The notes: generated by a model from the letters alone, not told the origin. Counted from the first letter of the stretch, positions 1 to 12,611 are shown. The stretch is 64,000 nt of DNA from Octopus vulgaris (GCA_951406725.2 OX597819.1:106082001-106146000), one strand, 5' to 3'. Made by a program: numbers and translations.

Positions 1-1356
1 AATTGATGGATGAATTAGCGATATGATAATGTGTATACATAAAATTAATATAAACAGTAGGCTGCAATGTTTCACCAAAAATGGGGATTATAATTGTCAC
101 TAAATATAACTAGGGTGTTAAGAAACACCGACTTTGTTAGAAATACGATCTAAAAAGCTATATGTATGTGTGTGTGTGTGTGTGTGTGTGAATATATATA
201 TATAGATATTATGTATATATGTATATGTATATACATACATATGTATGTATGCATATATATATATATATATACACATATATAAGTGTATGCACACACATAC
301 GCACACGCTCACGCACATACACACACATATATTTGGTTAATGAGAGAGATGGAGGATGGAAGATACAAGAATCGTTATTTTTCGCTACAATTGTTTCGAC
401 CCATCTAGCGTCGATCCCTAACGAGTGGGATAATTAATAATTGGTTTAGGATTGTTCGTTGGTGTAGACGTGTGTCTTCTGGTAACAAGTAGATATAACT
501 CGTTAAGATAACCACTGTCCTACAGTTAAAATATGATTAAGAAACTGAAATAGCTGTAGCTTGGAAGCATATGGAAAAGTCTCACATGATTGAAACGTGG
601 CACTAAATGAGATACATGGAATAATCGACTCTCCAACATATGTTCTAAATGTAATATATAACTGCAACATAGTTAATAATGTATTATGCGAACGTACTTC
701 TCCTAGCTGGCAATACATCAACCACTTCGACCAAATGATGTGTCCACGCACCCTAAATAATACAATATACGCTACAGTACTTACACGCATGCGATCAACA
801 GCTATACCTAAATGAACAGATGTTACATAATTGCCCAGTCATCATTAAATATTAACCATTACAAATTGCTCTAAGTCACTTCTTTTCTCACTATAAATCG
901 TTATCTCCATAGAAACACACTGTTTACTTCCGACCGTAAATCGTAAAAGTCAAATTATGTAAAGATAAGAACAAGCTTCTGAATAACAAAATATTTGATA
1001 CTCTACCACAGCAATTTTACTTAATTAATGGAATTCAATACTTCTGCATATATTTTATTGCATTATAAGAGAAAGGGACCACTGTGATAATGACGTTAAT
1101 TAATATTGTTCTTTAATAATAGGCTACAAATGCGTATATAGATACGTCATTCAAGATAATCGTCCACATGTATGATTTTATAAATCTGTCTAACAATAAC
1201 TTTTCTGTATAATTGCTCAACATGTAGAAATTGCAGCTATATATGTGGTACTATAAAGTTGAACATGACCTGGGCCAATTTTTGGACGAAACAGCAAAAT
1301 ATAAAATGCCAATAAACGAAACTCTCGGCCTTTGAGTCACTCAAGAATTTCAAACG

Positions 1357-1477
1357 ATTATTATTATTATTATTATTAGTAGTAGTAGTAGTATTAGTAG
1401 TAGTAGTGGTAGTAGTAGTAGTAGTAGTAGTACTACTACTACTACTACCACTACTACTACTACCACCACCACCACCT

Positions 1478-1525
<48 letters not shown>

Positions 1526-1542
1526 TAATAATAATAATAATA
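1357..1542. repeat. Compound trinucleotide microsatellite arranged as a palindrome: (ATT)n(AGT)n | (ACT)n(AAT)n
   Basis: Read directly. The centre of symmetry is at about 1431/1432, and the GGT interruption on the left is mirrored by ACC on the right. Confidence 0.9.
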
Positions 1543-1937
1543 GGGGAGAAAAGGGGAGAAAAGTTGAGAAAGAAGTATATTTAAAAAGTGGACGGTTGAT
1601 TAACTGATCCTCCTGTATTTTCTTTTACCCAAAGCCAAGAACTTTTCAACACCACCTCGTATTATTTTCTAAATTCTTTCTTGTTCTACTGTTATGCTTT
1701 CTTTTTTGTTTTCATTCATTACTATAATAGGAATAGATCAAAATCCAGCTGCCGATTTCGTGAACACCGATCTAAACGCTCGTTCAGAAAAGTTTCCCGT
1801 TGACGTTGTCGTCGTCGACTAAATATCTAAAGTTCGATGTAATGTTTGTAAGTAACTGGATATTTATTAGTAAGTTCAGACTTATTATTATTATTTCGAA
1901 TGTTGTTGATTTTAATTAACCTTTAATATTGTAATAT

Positions 1938-2122
1938 TGGTTTCACATTTTAGCACAAGGCTAAGCATTCATGAGAGCAGGTGTGTACATTACATTGACG
2001 CCAGAAATGATGGAAAGAAAAGTCAACACCGGCCGAATTTGAACTCAGAACATAAAGACAGATGACATGATGCTAAGCATTTTGCGCGGCGTGCTAGCGG
2101 TTTTGCCAAGGCCGTTGCCTTC
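1938..2122 (-). mobile_element. Decayed tRNA-derived SINE, family A (as at 7996-8228)
   Basis: The reverse complement matches the family A head: ...GCTAGCACGCCG...GCTTAGC...TTCTGAGTTCAAATTC...GTTGACTTT. Confidence 0.7.
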
Positions 2123-3532
2123 TTTTTAATATTCAGATACTCTCCTCATTTTGTGGGGTCGCGTTTTAAAAGTGGCAAATTTTAATCTATTATATATTAA
2201 ATATATACATTATAAGGCTCTATATTCATATCATGGGATGAACTTCAAGTTAGAACATCAAATCTAGCTAAAAGTGCACGTACCATACTATCAAATCTGA
2301 ACAGTCTGAAGGAAAAACTAATGGAACTAAGATATATTTAGCATGAAAGCGTCTAGTCTCAATAATTAATTCACAATAAAATGAAAGGTACAGAGGCAAC
2401 TGAGATCAGAAATTTAAGAACAGAATAAAGCCAGACTTTTTTGCTTTGGTACTTAAATTGTAGTTGTTGACAGTTTTAATTGCCTATCTCTTCACAATCT
2501 TATTACTAGACTATAAACTGCATTTAATGATTTCTGACTTAGGGACAATGTCACATACTTATCGGCGGAGGAATTCGGATGAAAATATTCGATGAAATCA
2601 ACTCGATAATCGAGTTATATTTATTTAATCGACTGCGAAAGTTTCAAATACAGCCCAGTTTGTTCAACACTATGTTGATTCTAATAATCCATAAAATGTA
2701 TTTTTCTGTATGTATAGATATATACATACTACATAGGTACATATATGTACAAATGTATACATACATACGTTCATAAATGTGTAACTATAAACGTGCATAC
2801 CTACACACACACATACACGCACACATATACATACACACATATACATACACACATATACATACACACGTGTCATTGTGTATGTGTGCTTAAGTATTAATGT
2901 CTAAATAATTTAAATAATTATTTTAGCTGTTTTTATTTCAATTGCGTGTAGGAGGTCCAATATTCACATTGATGTAGTCTGTTTTAAAAGAGAATTCGTA
3001 CAATTAGTTCAAACTATGCAAGACAGCAAAGTTTGTAAATTTCCACGTCTTTATTTGAACTACAATAAATAATAGGGAAAATAAGCTCAAAATCCACCCT
3101 GCTCAATTACCAAAGGATACAGTGGTTACGGTAAACGAAGCATAAAGAAAAGTGTGATAGCCAATTAGAAATACTTTTGATCAAGGACGACAAGGGTCCG
3201 AACATGAAGAAATTTTTATCATATTTGTCCCTAGAGTTACTGGTAAGCTTCTTTGAAATTAAGTCCAAGCAGCTTCATTGATTACAGTGTTTTAATATTC
3301 AAAGATAGCATCACTAATTAAATTTGTTCTCATATTAGATGGTCGATATTATGCCTAATGAACAACATCGTTTGATTAAATCTAAATATTTGTTCGCCTT
3401 TAGAATTTTGTTTGATGTGTCGCATTTGTGGACATTGTTGTGTATAAAGATTGTATCATCTATACGTATACAGACACTGTAGAAACATCAGCATATTATC
3501 ATATTCTACAAGCGTAGATATATATGAGTGCC

Positions 3533-3589
<57 letters not shown>

Positions 3590-4698
3590 AATGTGTGTGT
3601 GTGTTTATGTATCTATGTATGTATATTTATATGCACTATATATTTGGGCATGGTGTATTATGTCTGAGCTTATTTTGCTGTCACCTACCCACTGTATACA
3701 TACAAATACATAATTACATAGATATATATGTATACATATATTTGATATGTGTATTATTATATACACACAGAGATTTTTAGCACCTATTTAACAATATGGT
3801 TGGGTGACCGTCTGTTCCAGATACTCTGATTGAATCTAGACCATGAATAGTATATCATCTTTCATAATGTCGTTAATTGTAGATGTGTCTCTGAAGTTGA
3901 ATTCTGGGGATCAAAAAATTCGTTTGAGTTATGCGATATTTTGTTAATTACATGTTATAAAAATGACCGTTATATTGTTGACACAAGGGTGCACATATTT
4001 GTGATGAATCATCAATATATGATCTGTTTAGATCCATTTGAGGACGAATTTGGTTTATGTGTAGTTGAATGAGAATTAAACTTCACATCCTCCACTACTC
4101 GGAGTTCCTTTAGCAAATACTCCCACCCTGATGATACGCACACTCAATCAAACACTCACTCATCAACGAACTGATGCCATCCACCCTCATCCACACGCCA
4201 CTTTAAACACGTGCACCTTCCCCTATACACAGGTATAGCTAATACACACGGATAGGTATCAAGCAACTACATCCACACACTCATACATCTGGTACAAACA
4301 CGTAGTTTCGCCCGTCGTGTTTCCGGCCTTGATGTTCTTATAGAGGCCGGCCAGACACCAAGGGGCCAGCAGTTTCCTAAGTAGCGACGCCTGTCCAAGA
4401 AATACTACTATCAAATGCATTTGGATTTCATTTCTAACAAAACCACGTGACCGGCCTTGCCCAAGAGCAGCCCAGCGTCCGGTAGCTATCTTGGCCTTCG
4501 TTAATCGGAGTCTCAACAAGCTAGGATTCTGTAAGAAGCTTGCCAAGCTTCAAGTCGTAGGGAACTGAATCAAATCAGTTTTAAACAATAAATCTTACTA
4601 AATATATTGAGTGCCTTTTATTTCGTGTTTTCACTCACTCATAATATATAATGTATAATATAAATATGTGTATATAATGTATAATATATTTGTATGTA

Positions 4699-4742
<44 letters not shown>

Positions 4743-4745
<3 letters not shown>

Positions 4746-5824
4746 TGTGTTATGAGAATTTATGGAAATGTATCCCCTAGAAATTTGTTAAAAAGGGAGA
4801 AGATTTGTTAAAATTTTAATACAAGCATACGATCGTTTCAAGCAGCGATATTAGCATGTAAATACAAGGTAGAATAATTAAAATCAATTTGATTAAATTA
4901 AATTAATTACATATCACTGTTCTCTTGGTTTTTACTACCTTGTCCTATCTTTATTATCTTCCCTACATTGTTAATTCTCAGTCTTACAATATCTATTATA
5001 CCTCTGAACGTTTTTTAAAAATATCTTTAGCGACAGGAAGTATTAACTATCTTAATTCTGTAATATTGACAATTAATTTTCCTATTTTTCCTTATTTTAC
5101 CTTATATGTAATACCCACAATTGTATATGTTCTTACACTTACAAAATTTCATTATATGTAGCTCTTGAAATCGTTCTACTTATTCTCGTTGCATTCTAGC
5201 AGTCTACTATATAACTACATTCACTAGTTTAATTTCATTCTCACAAAATGAAAGTTAAATACACACCATACCTAATATTACTTATAACTGTCAAGTCATA
5301 TCCTAATTCAAACATAATTATGTCTATCCATTGGACACCTCTATTAAACTTTCGATGATAAATGACTTATTTGGAGTTTGAATTACTTATCTACTTCCTC
5401 TTCTATAGAGGGGACTTCTCTTAAACATTTTCACTCATATTTTCAAATAACTGTTAGCTGCATAAGTTTTAGTTTATGCACAACTAGACTCACATTCTTT
5501 AGTATGCTCTCAATTTTTCATAAGGATAAAATATGTATATCCGAATTTGTTATCTGCTATTTCTTCATCAAGTCATATGTAATAATTATAATTTTTTGTT
5601 GTATATTTCTTGCACTGAGGAGAACAGTGATATGTAATTAATTTAATTTAATCAAGTTAATTTTAATTATTCTACCATGTATTTACATGTTAATATCGCT
5701 GTTTGAAACGATACTATGCATGTATGTATTAAAATTCTTTCAAATTGTTACATCTTCCCTTCTTTTTTAGCAAATTTGTTGAGTTTCTATGTGATGTCTT
5801 TCCATAAATTCTCATAACACACCA
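4743..5824. mobile_element. Non-autonomous DNA transposon/MITE, about 1.08 kb, with ~180-200 bp terminal inverted repeats and TA flanks
   Basis: 4743-4924 (TGGTGTGTTATGAGAATTTATGGAAA...ATATCACTGTTCTC) is the reverse complement of 5620-5824 (GAGAACAGTGATAT...TTTCCATAAATTCTCATAACACACCA). TA lies on both sides. Confidence 0.8.
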
Positions 5825-5974
5825 TATTCATGTAATATTTTCATATTCGCGAAAAAATCTTAGGCCAGTAAGCCACCAGCAAAATATGATGAATCTTTGT
5901 TACAAATTACTCCTTGGAACCCTCCAAATTAAAGGATGAAATACAATTCGCACACACACACACAAGCACACACA

Positions 5975-7099
5975 ACATATTAAATTCAGGTTGTGTGTGT
6001 GTTTGTGTGTGTGTAAACCCGCTTAACTTCTGAAGTTCATAACTGATTTTCTCCAAACTGGGAATATACATTACATATGTTCCAGAGATAGTTTTAAACT
6101 CTTAAAAATGTTCACATAATGAGTAAGGGATCCTCTGGGAGTAGAAACCCTTTCCTGGGTCACGTGAAGAATTGAGGTAACTCTTTGCGCAATAACTTTC
6201 AGAAATTGATTGTTTGCCTTACAACCAGCGCCATTAATCCTTTAAACGTTTTCAGTCTTTTTAAAATATTGCCATTAATTCATGTTTTTATTAACATTAA
6301 TTGTTAATATAAGTGTCATCTCAGTTCATTGTATATATTCCTTAATATTTGCTAAGATATTGATACTATTTACGTTTTTTATTGACATTCCCTTATTAAC
6401 GTACAATTGTCATCTTATTTTATTAAATCATATTTCTTGACATAACGTCTCCAAAGTGGAGATCCTCCACTAGTTGACAAATTATCACAATCTCAATTGG
6501 CTGTGTGAAAGAGCATTACTGGCTCAAAAAACAAAAAAGCAAAAGAAAACCCAGCACTGTAAGTAAAATTAATGAGCAGCTGCTGCTGTACCTTCGTGGA
6601 AGTTCTCACATCTATAAGTCAGTTGATACTATACCAAACCCAGAAGAGATAAGTAAATTATCCAACAGAATTTCTCAAGTCACTGTGGCCTCAAAGACTA
6701 CCTCCCCATAGATTGGAACGTGAACTAGGAACTCCAGTAATTGAGGAATTTAGATGCACCAACACTCTGCAATGAGACACGCCTGGTGGTAAAGATGTGC
6801 TCCAGTATCCACAGCTCTTTGTGAATGAAGATAGATACCATTTCGGCATAATACCAACAAACCCAAATACTTTATCAACAAGCAATTTCCTGCATGGACT
6901 TGAGTATCAAAGCATATTCTCCAATTACTTCCACCAACCACGCGGTAAGCCATTATGACTTATTTTTTCAAGTAATTCATTACTACATGTTCTCATGTGA
7001 TTACATAGGCTCAGTTTATGTTTCTTATTCTATGGTAAATATTTCGTAAAAGACCCGACCCGTTCGTAACCTCGGTGTGAGATTTTTCCCCCCACTAGG
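5975..7099 (+). mobile_element. Internally deleted Helitron retaining a PIF1-helicase fragment
   Basis: Frameshifted translation of about 6550-6800 gives INEQLLLYLRGSSHIYKSVDTIPNPEE..NYPTEFLKSLWPQRLPPHRL..GTPVI..LDAPTLCNETRLVVK, typical of the Helitron RepHel helicase C-terminus. The 5' TG-repeat region resembles non-autonomous Helitron ends, and a CTAG lies near 7095. Boundaries are approximate. Confidence 0.8.
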
Positions 7100-7407
7100 T
7101 TTCTTTTGGGAGCATTCAATGTATCTTACCTCCAAAGATTTGGCAGCTATTTCTAGCACGTGTTGCTACCATGCAACAGCTATTTGCGTTAAAGGACCCG
7201 AAATACCTGTTACGTGGTAGCAGGATGTGCAAGAAATAGCAGCCAAATCTTTCCTTTTCTAGGAAAGAACTGCTTATGTGTGATTTCGACATCACATTCG
7301 TGGATAGTATGCGAAATAACCCAGAAAAGAAGAAAACCAACGAAACAAAACTCGGTTCCTGGGAAATGTAGACTTTCCCTTTGACCCAACGGGTCGCAGG
7401 TAGTCTA

Positions 7408-7539
<132 letters not shown>

Positions 7540-7654
7540 GTATGTATGTATGTATGTATGTATGTATGTATGTATGTATGTATGTATGTGTGTGTGTATG
7601 TATGTATGTATGTATTATGTATGTATGTATGTATGTATGTGTGTATGTATGTAT

Positions 7655-7885
7655 ATATTTGTGTCTGTGTGTTTATCCCCGCACCATCGCTTGACAATTG
7701 TTGTTGGTGTGTTCACACCCCCGTAACATAGCGGATCGGCAAAAGAGACTAGAAGAATAAGTAAGTACTACGCTTACAAAGAATAAACCCTGGAGTCAAT
7801 TAGTTCGACTAAAATCCTTCAAGGCGGTGCCACAACTTGACCGCAGTGAAATGACTGCAACAAGTAAAAGTTAAAAGATAAAAGA
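7655..7885 (+). mobile_element. 3' half of SINE family B
   Basis: It shares ATCGCTTGACAA...GAATAAGT...TTCAAGGCGGTGC...ATGACTG..ACAAGTAAAAG with the copies at 13621 and 36400. Confidence 0.8.
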
Positions 7886-7893
7886 TACACACA

Positions 7894-7982
<89 letters not shown>

Positions 7983-7995
7983 GTATATACATATA

Positions 7996-8228
7996 AAGGC
8001 GGCGAGCTGGCAGAAACGTTAGCACGCCGGGTGAAATGCGTAGCCGTATTTCGTCTGCCGTTACGTTCCGAGTTCAAATTCCGCCGAGGTCGACTTTGCT
8101 TTTCATCCTTTCGGGGTCGATAAATTAAGTACCAGTTACGCACTGGGGTCGATGTAATCGACTTAATCCCTTTGTCTGTCCTTGTTTGTCTCCTCTGTGT
8201 TTAGCCCCTTGTGGGTAGTAAAGAAATA
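7996..8228 (+). mobile_element. Full-length tRNA-derived SINE, family A
   Basis: The head AAGGCGGCGAGCTGGCAGAAACG has B box GAGTTCAAATTCC, followed by the body CTTTCATCCTTTCGGGGTCGATAAATTAAGTACCAG. Other copies occur in the window. Confidence 0.85.
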
Positions 8229-9202
8229 TATATACATATATACACATGCACACATATATACACAAACTCATATGCACACACGCGCGCACATATATACGAA
8301 ACACATCATAAATCAGGAAACAAACATAAATTATTAAAAAAACCTCGTTGTGGATGAAAACAATTTTGCTTTGCCAATTGACGAGGGAAAAGAAGAAAGG
8401 ACGTAGTCTTCTGAAAGTGAGTTTCACGCTTTGTTGAACGATCGTCAGTTAAGGTGAAGGTGGGTTTCCGAAGCAATAGCCCAGACCATTAAGCTGCTAT
8501 CTAAGACTATTGCAATTTGGCTTACTGCCGTTCTGAAAAGAGTGTTTTGCATATTTGCACTTTTAACGGCTTTTAATTAGACAATATTCATTTATGAATA
8601 AAACAGAATGAATAAGAATATAACGAAATAATTTTTTTTAATTTTTACACCGTCTCACAAAGGATAAAATATAAATGTAAATATATTCCTTTCCTGCTAT
8701 TCATATGCGAAATGTAGAGACGTCAGAGAGACCCCTGACACATCGTTACTTAGCATCATCCCCTAATCAAGATTACAAAGCATTCTGCTATTACATAAAA
8801 GAAGCATTAATTAGAACATCATCGCGATTCTTTGTATTATTGAAATTTGTCCCAGCGCTTCTCACACATAGACACATATATGCACAGATATGCAAAAACA
8901 CAACAATATACAAACATTTATATATACATGCATATATTGTAACATATGTATGCAGTTGTATATATTTATGTGTGTGTGGTTTCACAACGATTCTACACAA
9001 TTTTCGAACACAGTTGATTTAATCACTTCGCTTGAAGTTTACTCGTTTGAAAGAAACCGATAAGATTACATTTATTGGTTATTAACTGTCAATAGCATCT
9101 CATAAACTAAAGTTTAGATAGCGGTATTAACAGCTAATGACATAAAATTAGCTGATAGAGTTTGGTGGCCTTAAAATGGCATTACCGTTCACTCGTTAAA
9201 CT

Positions 9203-9507
9203 AGATATAGTCGTTGTAATTAGTTTCATTCTCTCTCAAGAAGGCACTTTATTGAAAAGATACAGAGAGGAATTAAGATGAATTGGATGATTCTTTTCCG
9301 AAGGTACGAGTACCGGTATAACTGCATATTCATTTGCCTTCAAAATTATCTGAGATATACGTTCGTGTTCGAAGGCAAATGAATATGCAGTTATACCGGT
9401 ACTCATACCTTCGGAAAAGCATCATCCAATTCATCTTAATTCCTCTCTGTATCTTTTCAATAAAGTGCCTTCTTGAGAGAATGAAACTAATTACAACAAC
9501 TATATCT
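9203..9507. repeat. Near-perfect long inverted repeat with ~137-139 bp arms and a 29 nt spacer
   Basis: 9203-9341 is the reverse complement of 9371-9507, with 3 mismatches and one 2-nt indel by manual alignment. Confidence 0.95.
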
Positions 9508-9637
9508 CGTCCATATATCTCAGATAATTTTGAAGTGCATTTTGTTCGACGTATAACTAAAAGATCTACACCCTACCAACAAGTTAGTAATTTGTTAAAA
9601 CTATTATTATATGAAACATTTTAGACAATATCTGTGA

Positions 9638-10193
9638 GGAAGAATTTGTTGTGTGAGCGGTTTAACTTAATGGTTCAGAGTACCTCGACGCGTAATCACG
9701 GAGGTATGAGTTCGACTCACATAGCCGGCACCAAACACCTTTTACTGCAAAATTAAGGGTAGCTTATCCTGTTCAGGCTATATTATTAGCATTATCCTGC
9801 ATTTGAGAATTTAAAATCACTTCTTTAACTTTCTAAGACATCTCAAAGCTTCGAAAGTAAACTTCATTTGTTTGTTTACGTTCATCGTAATTTGAATTTA
9901 ACGTACGATAGCGTCTCATAAAGCGAGGTTTCTATAAATCTTACATTTGCGGAAGAATTTGTGGTGTGAGCGGTTTAGCTTAATGGTTCAGAGCAGAGGT
10001 GTGAGTTCGAGTCTCATAGCCGACCCCCAACACCTTTTTTTGCAAAATTAGGGGTAGCTTATCTTGTTCAGTCTATATTATTAGTATTATCCTGGTTTGA
10101 GAATTTAAAATCACTTCTTTAACTTTCTAAGACATCTCAAAGCTTCGAAAGCAAACTTCGTTTGTTTGTTTACGTTCATCGTAATTTGAATTT
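9638..10193 (+). mobile_element. Partial tandem dimer (period ~313 bp) of a tRNA-headed element
   Basis: GGAAGAATTTG..GTGAGCGGTTTA.CTTAATGGTTCAGAG...GAGTTCGA repeats at 9638 and 9951. The first unit has a tRNA-like head ending in CCA, and the second unit lacks the anticodon arm. Confidence 0.75.
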
Positions 10194-10312
10194 TATATAT
10201 ATGTAGTAGTACGATTTTTGGCTGCTTCTGATTCATTTTCCCGTTGATTTAGGGAATTTCTCTTGGTTATTGTAGGAGCACCAAGGAACATGTCTTCCAC
10301 AATCGAAATCGG

Positions 10313-10376
<64 letters not shown>

Positions 10377-10799
10377 TATAGTCGACTGCTAGGACTCCTA
10401 TGCACAACTGTTTCGAAACCTCTAACTTCTATATCCAGGTAATAAATTTACAATAATACCAATAATCAATGCTTTAGTAAGTAAATGCCTAATTGAAAAT
10501 CTGAATAAGCTAGAATTTTCAGAGAAAGAAACCAAGCCACTGACTCGCACATTACAGATGCAACCTGTAAGTAGAATACTAAAATATTACAAGACTTATG
10601 TCAAGTTAAAAATCTGACATTCTTATTTTTATCTATATTCCAGCGACAAAGCTTCTTTTTAACTATGATAGAAGCCAGCCCTTTCCTCTGGGGATGAATT
10701 TAAATAATTCAAAACTCCAAAGAACGTACATATATACATAAATACATGTTGGGCAGTCACTCATAAGAATTTAGTCGACTCCAGGCTACAATAGATGAC

Positions 10800-10868
10800 A
10801 ATTTCCCGAAGATGCGACTGAACCCAGAACCATGTGGTTAAGGAGCAATCTTCTTACCACATAGCCAC
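10800..10868 (-). mobile_element. 5' head fragment of SINE family B
   Basis: The reverse complement reads GTGGCTATGTGGTAAGAAGATTGCT...ACCACATGGTTCTGGGTTCAGTC. Confidence 0.7.
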
Positions 10869-12132
10869 ATACATACATACATACATACATACATACATAC
10901 ATACATACATACATACATACATACATACATACATACATACATGCATACATACATGCATACATACACACGTACGTATGTATACATGCATACATGCATGCCT
11001 GTAGGTATGCATGTATATATGTATATGTTTGTGTCATTGCATCCCCAAGGGATTAGGTATAAAGTATAAACATAAAATATTTTACGATATTCATTCTATG
11101 CGAATTAAGTCTATTTATACCAAAAAATCTAACCGTTTCAGAATTAGATATCGATGAAATAGAGAAAGCATTAACATTGATCTTAACACAAAGTATTTTG
11201 AAGGTGTTGCCCAAGTATGATTGCAATCTCAAAACTAAATAAAAAGCCTAAAAGAGTGTAGCATTTATATTAATGCGTTATTCTCCTTTCTGTATACACG
11301 TAACATTACAACGCAACTGTAGAGCCTCAGAAACCGCCAGCTAAATATAATATTGAAAACCTTTCCATTGATACCTTGCAAGAAAACTTTTATGGTTTCA
11401 TTTCCATACAATTGCTGCTATTTAAAAATATAAAATTTCATTCTTGAAAGCTACCGCATATACATTCATGTCAGATTTCATTTATGTAATGAATATCTGA
11501 AAATGAAAACAATAATCATAATTAAAAATATATATCGGCGTTTCATTTAGAAATACATATTCAATTTCACCTATCAATAAAAATAGATGTTTTGAAATAC
11601 GCAATGATGTTCTTTGGGATTTTATACAGCCGTACATCACAAGTGAATGTCTCATTTCATCTCATTTTGAACTAACATTAAATTTAATACTTATTCACAA
11701 TAAATAATTTATTAAATCTTTCTTGTTTCACCTCACGTCAATTCTTATGAGGCCATGTAGGGAAGCTTTATGATTGTAAGCATTACTTTGCTGAATATGC
11801 TTTGTTATTTTCAGATCCAGGCAAGTCTGGTTATGTAATGGAGAAGATTATTTCGCAACAACGTGGCTTTCGTTCGATTGCTGTTCCTATTTTTGTATCA
11901 TAGACTTAAGCTGTAGTCACTATCACCTGGCACTCGGATACTCTAGCTTTGTAAACCTCGGGGTTTCAAGAATCCGGGATCGTTTCCTGTCCTGAAGATA
12001 ACATCATTATTTAGTTAATTCAGTCTATGAGTCTCTTACAAAGATCATAGATGTTCCTCTCCTCAGTTGACTACGAGAAATGTTTTTAAAAAGGGGTATA
12101 GCGTAGTCCTTATTATGTATTTTAAAATAATG

Positions 12133-12335
12133 GTGAGCATGTAAAATCGTTAGCACTCCTGACAAAATGCTTAGCGATATTTTGGTCGTGTTTACGTTCT
12201 GAATTGAAATTCCACCGAGGTCGGCTTTACTTCTTATCACTTAGTGGTTGATGAAATAACTACCAGACAAGTATTGAACTCAATGTACGGCCCGTCCCCT
12301 CTCTGAACATTTCAGACCTTTTCTTATACTAGAAA
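12133..12335 (+). mobile_element. Decayed SINE family A
   Basis: ATCGTTAGCAC...AAATGCTTAGCGATATTT...TTACGTTCTGAATTGAAATTCCACCGAGGTCGGCTTT matches the copy at 7996. Confidence 0.7.
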
Positions 12336-12569
12336 TAGTTATTATGTATTTAAAAGCCGATATACTCATGTAGCAGAAATTTGGTGCGAAAATTCCATTC
12401 TGATTTTATCCAGAATATATGGACTGAAGAATGGCTATAAAAAAAAAATCATTTGCTCAAGTTACGTACTGCAAGATCAAACCTTGGCCTCATGGGTGTG
12501 AAACGGAACGAACATCGAAATCATTCGACAGTACATAAGAACACACCCGTGCCGACATATGCATACACA

Positions 12570-12611
<42 letters not shown>

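Noticed and set aside
9653-9733. Possible genuine tRNA gene
   Set aside because: The acceptor and anticodon stems pair imperfectly and it is embedded in a tandem repeat unit, so I treated it as a tRNA-derived head.
10400-10530. GAAAC-AGTT-GT on the minus strand with a long stem, possible hammerhead (similar weak cases at 10260-10310, 18455-18525, 27495-27575)
   Set aside because: The CUGANGA box is missing or too degenerate and stem I cannot be formed.
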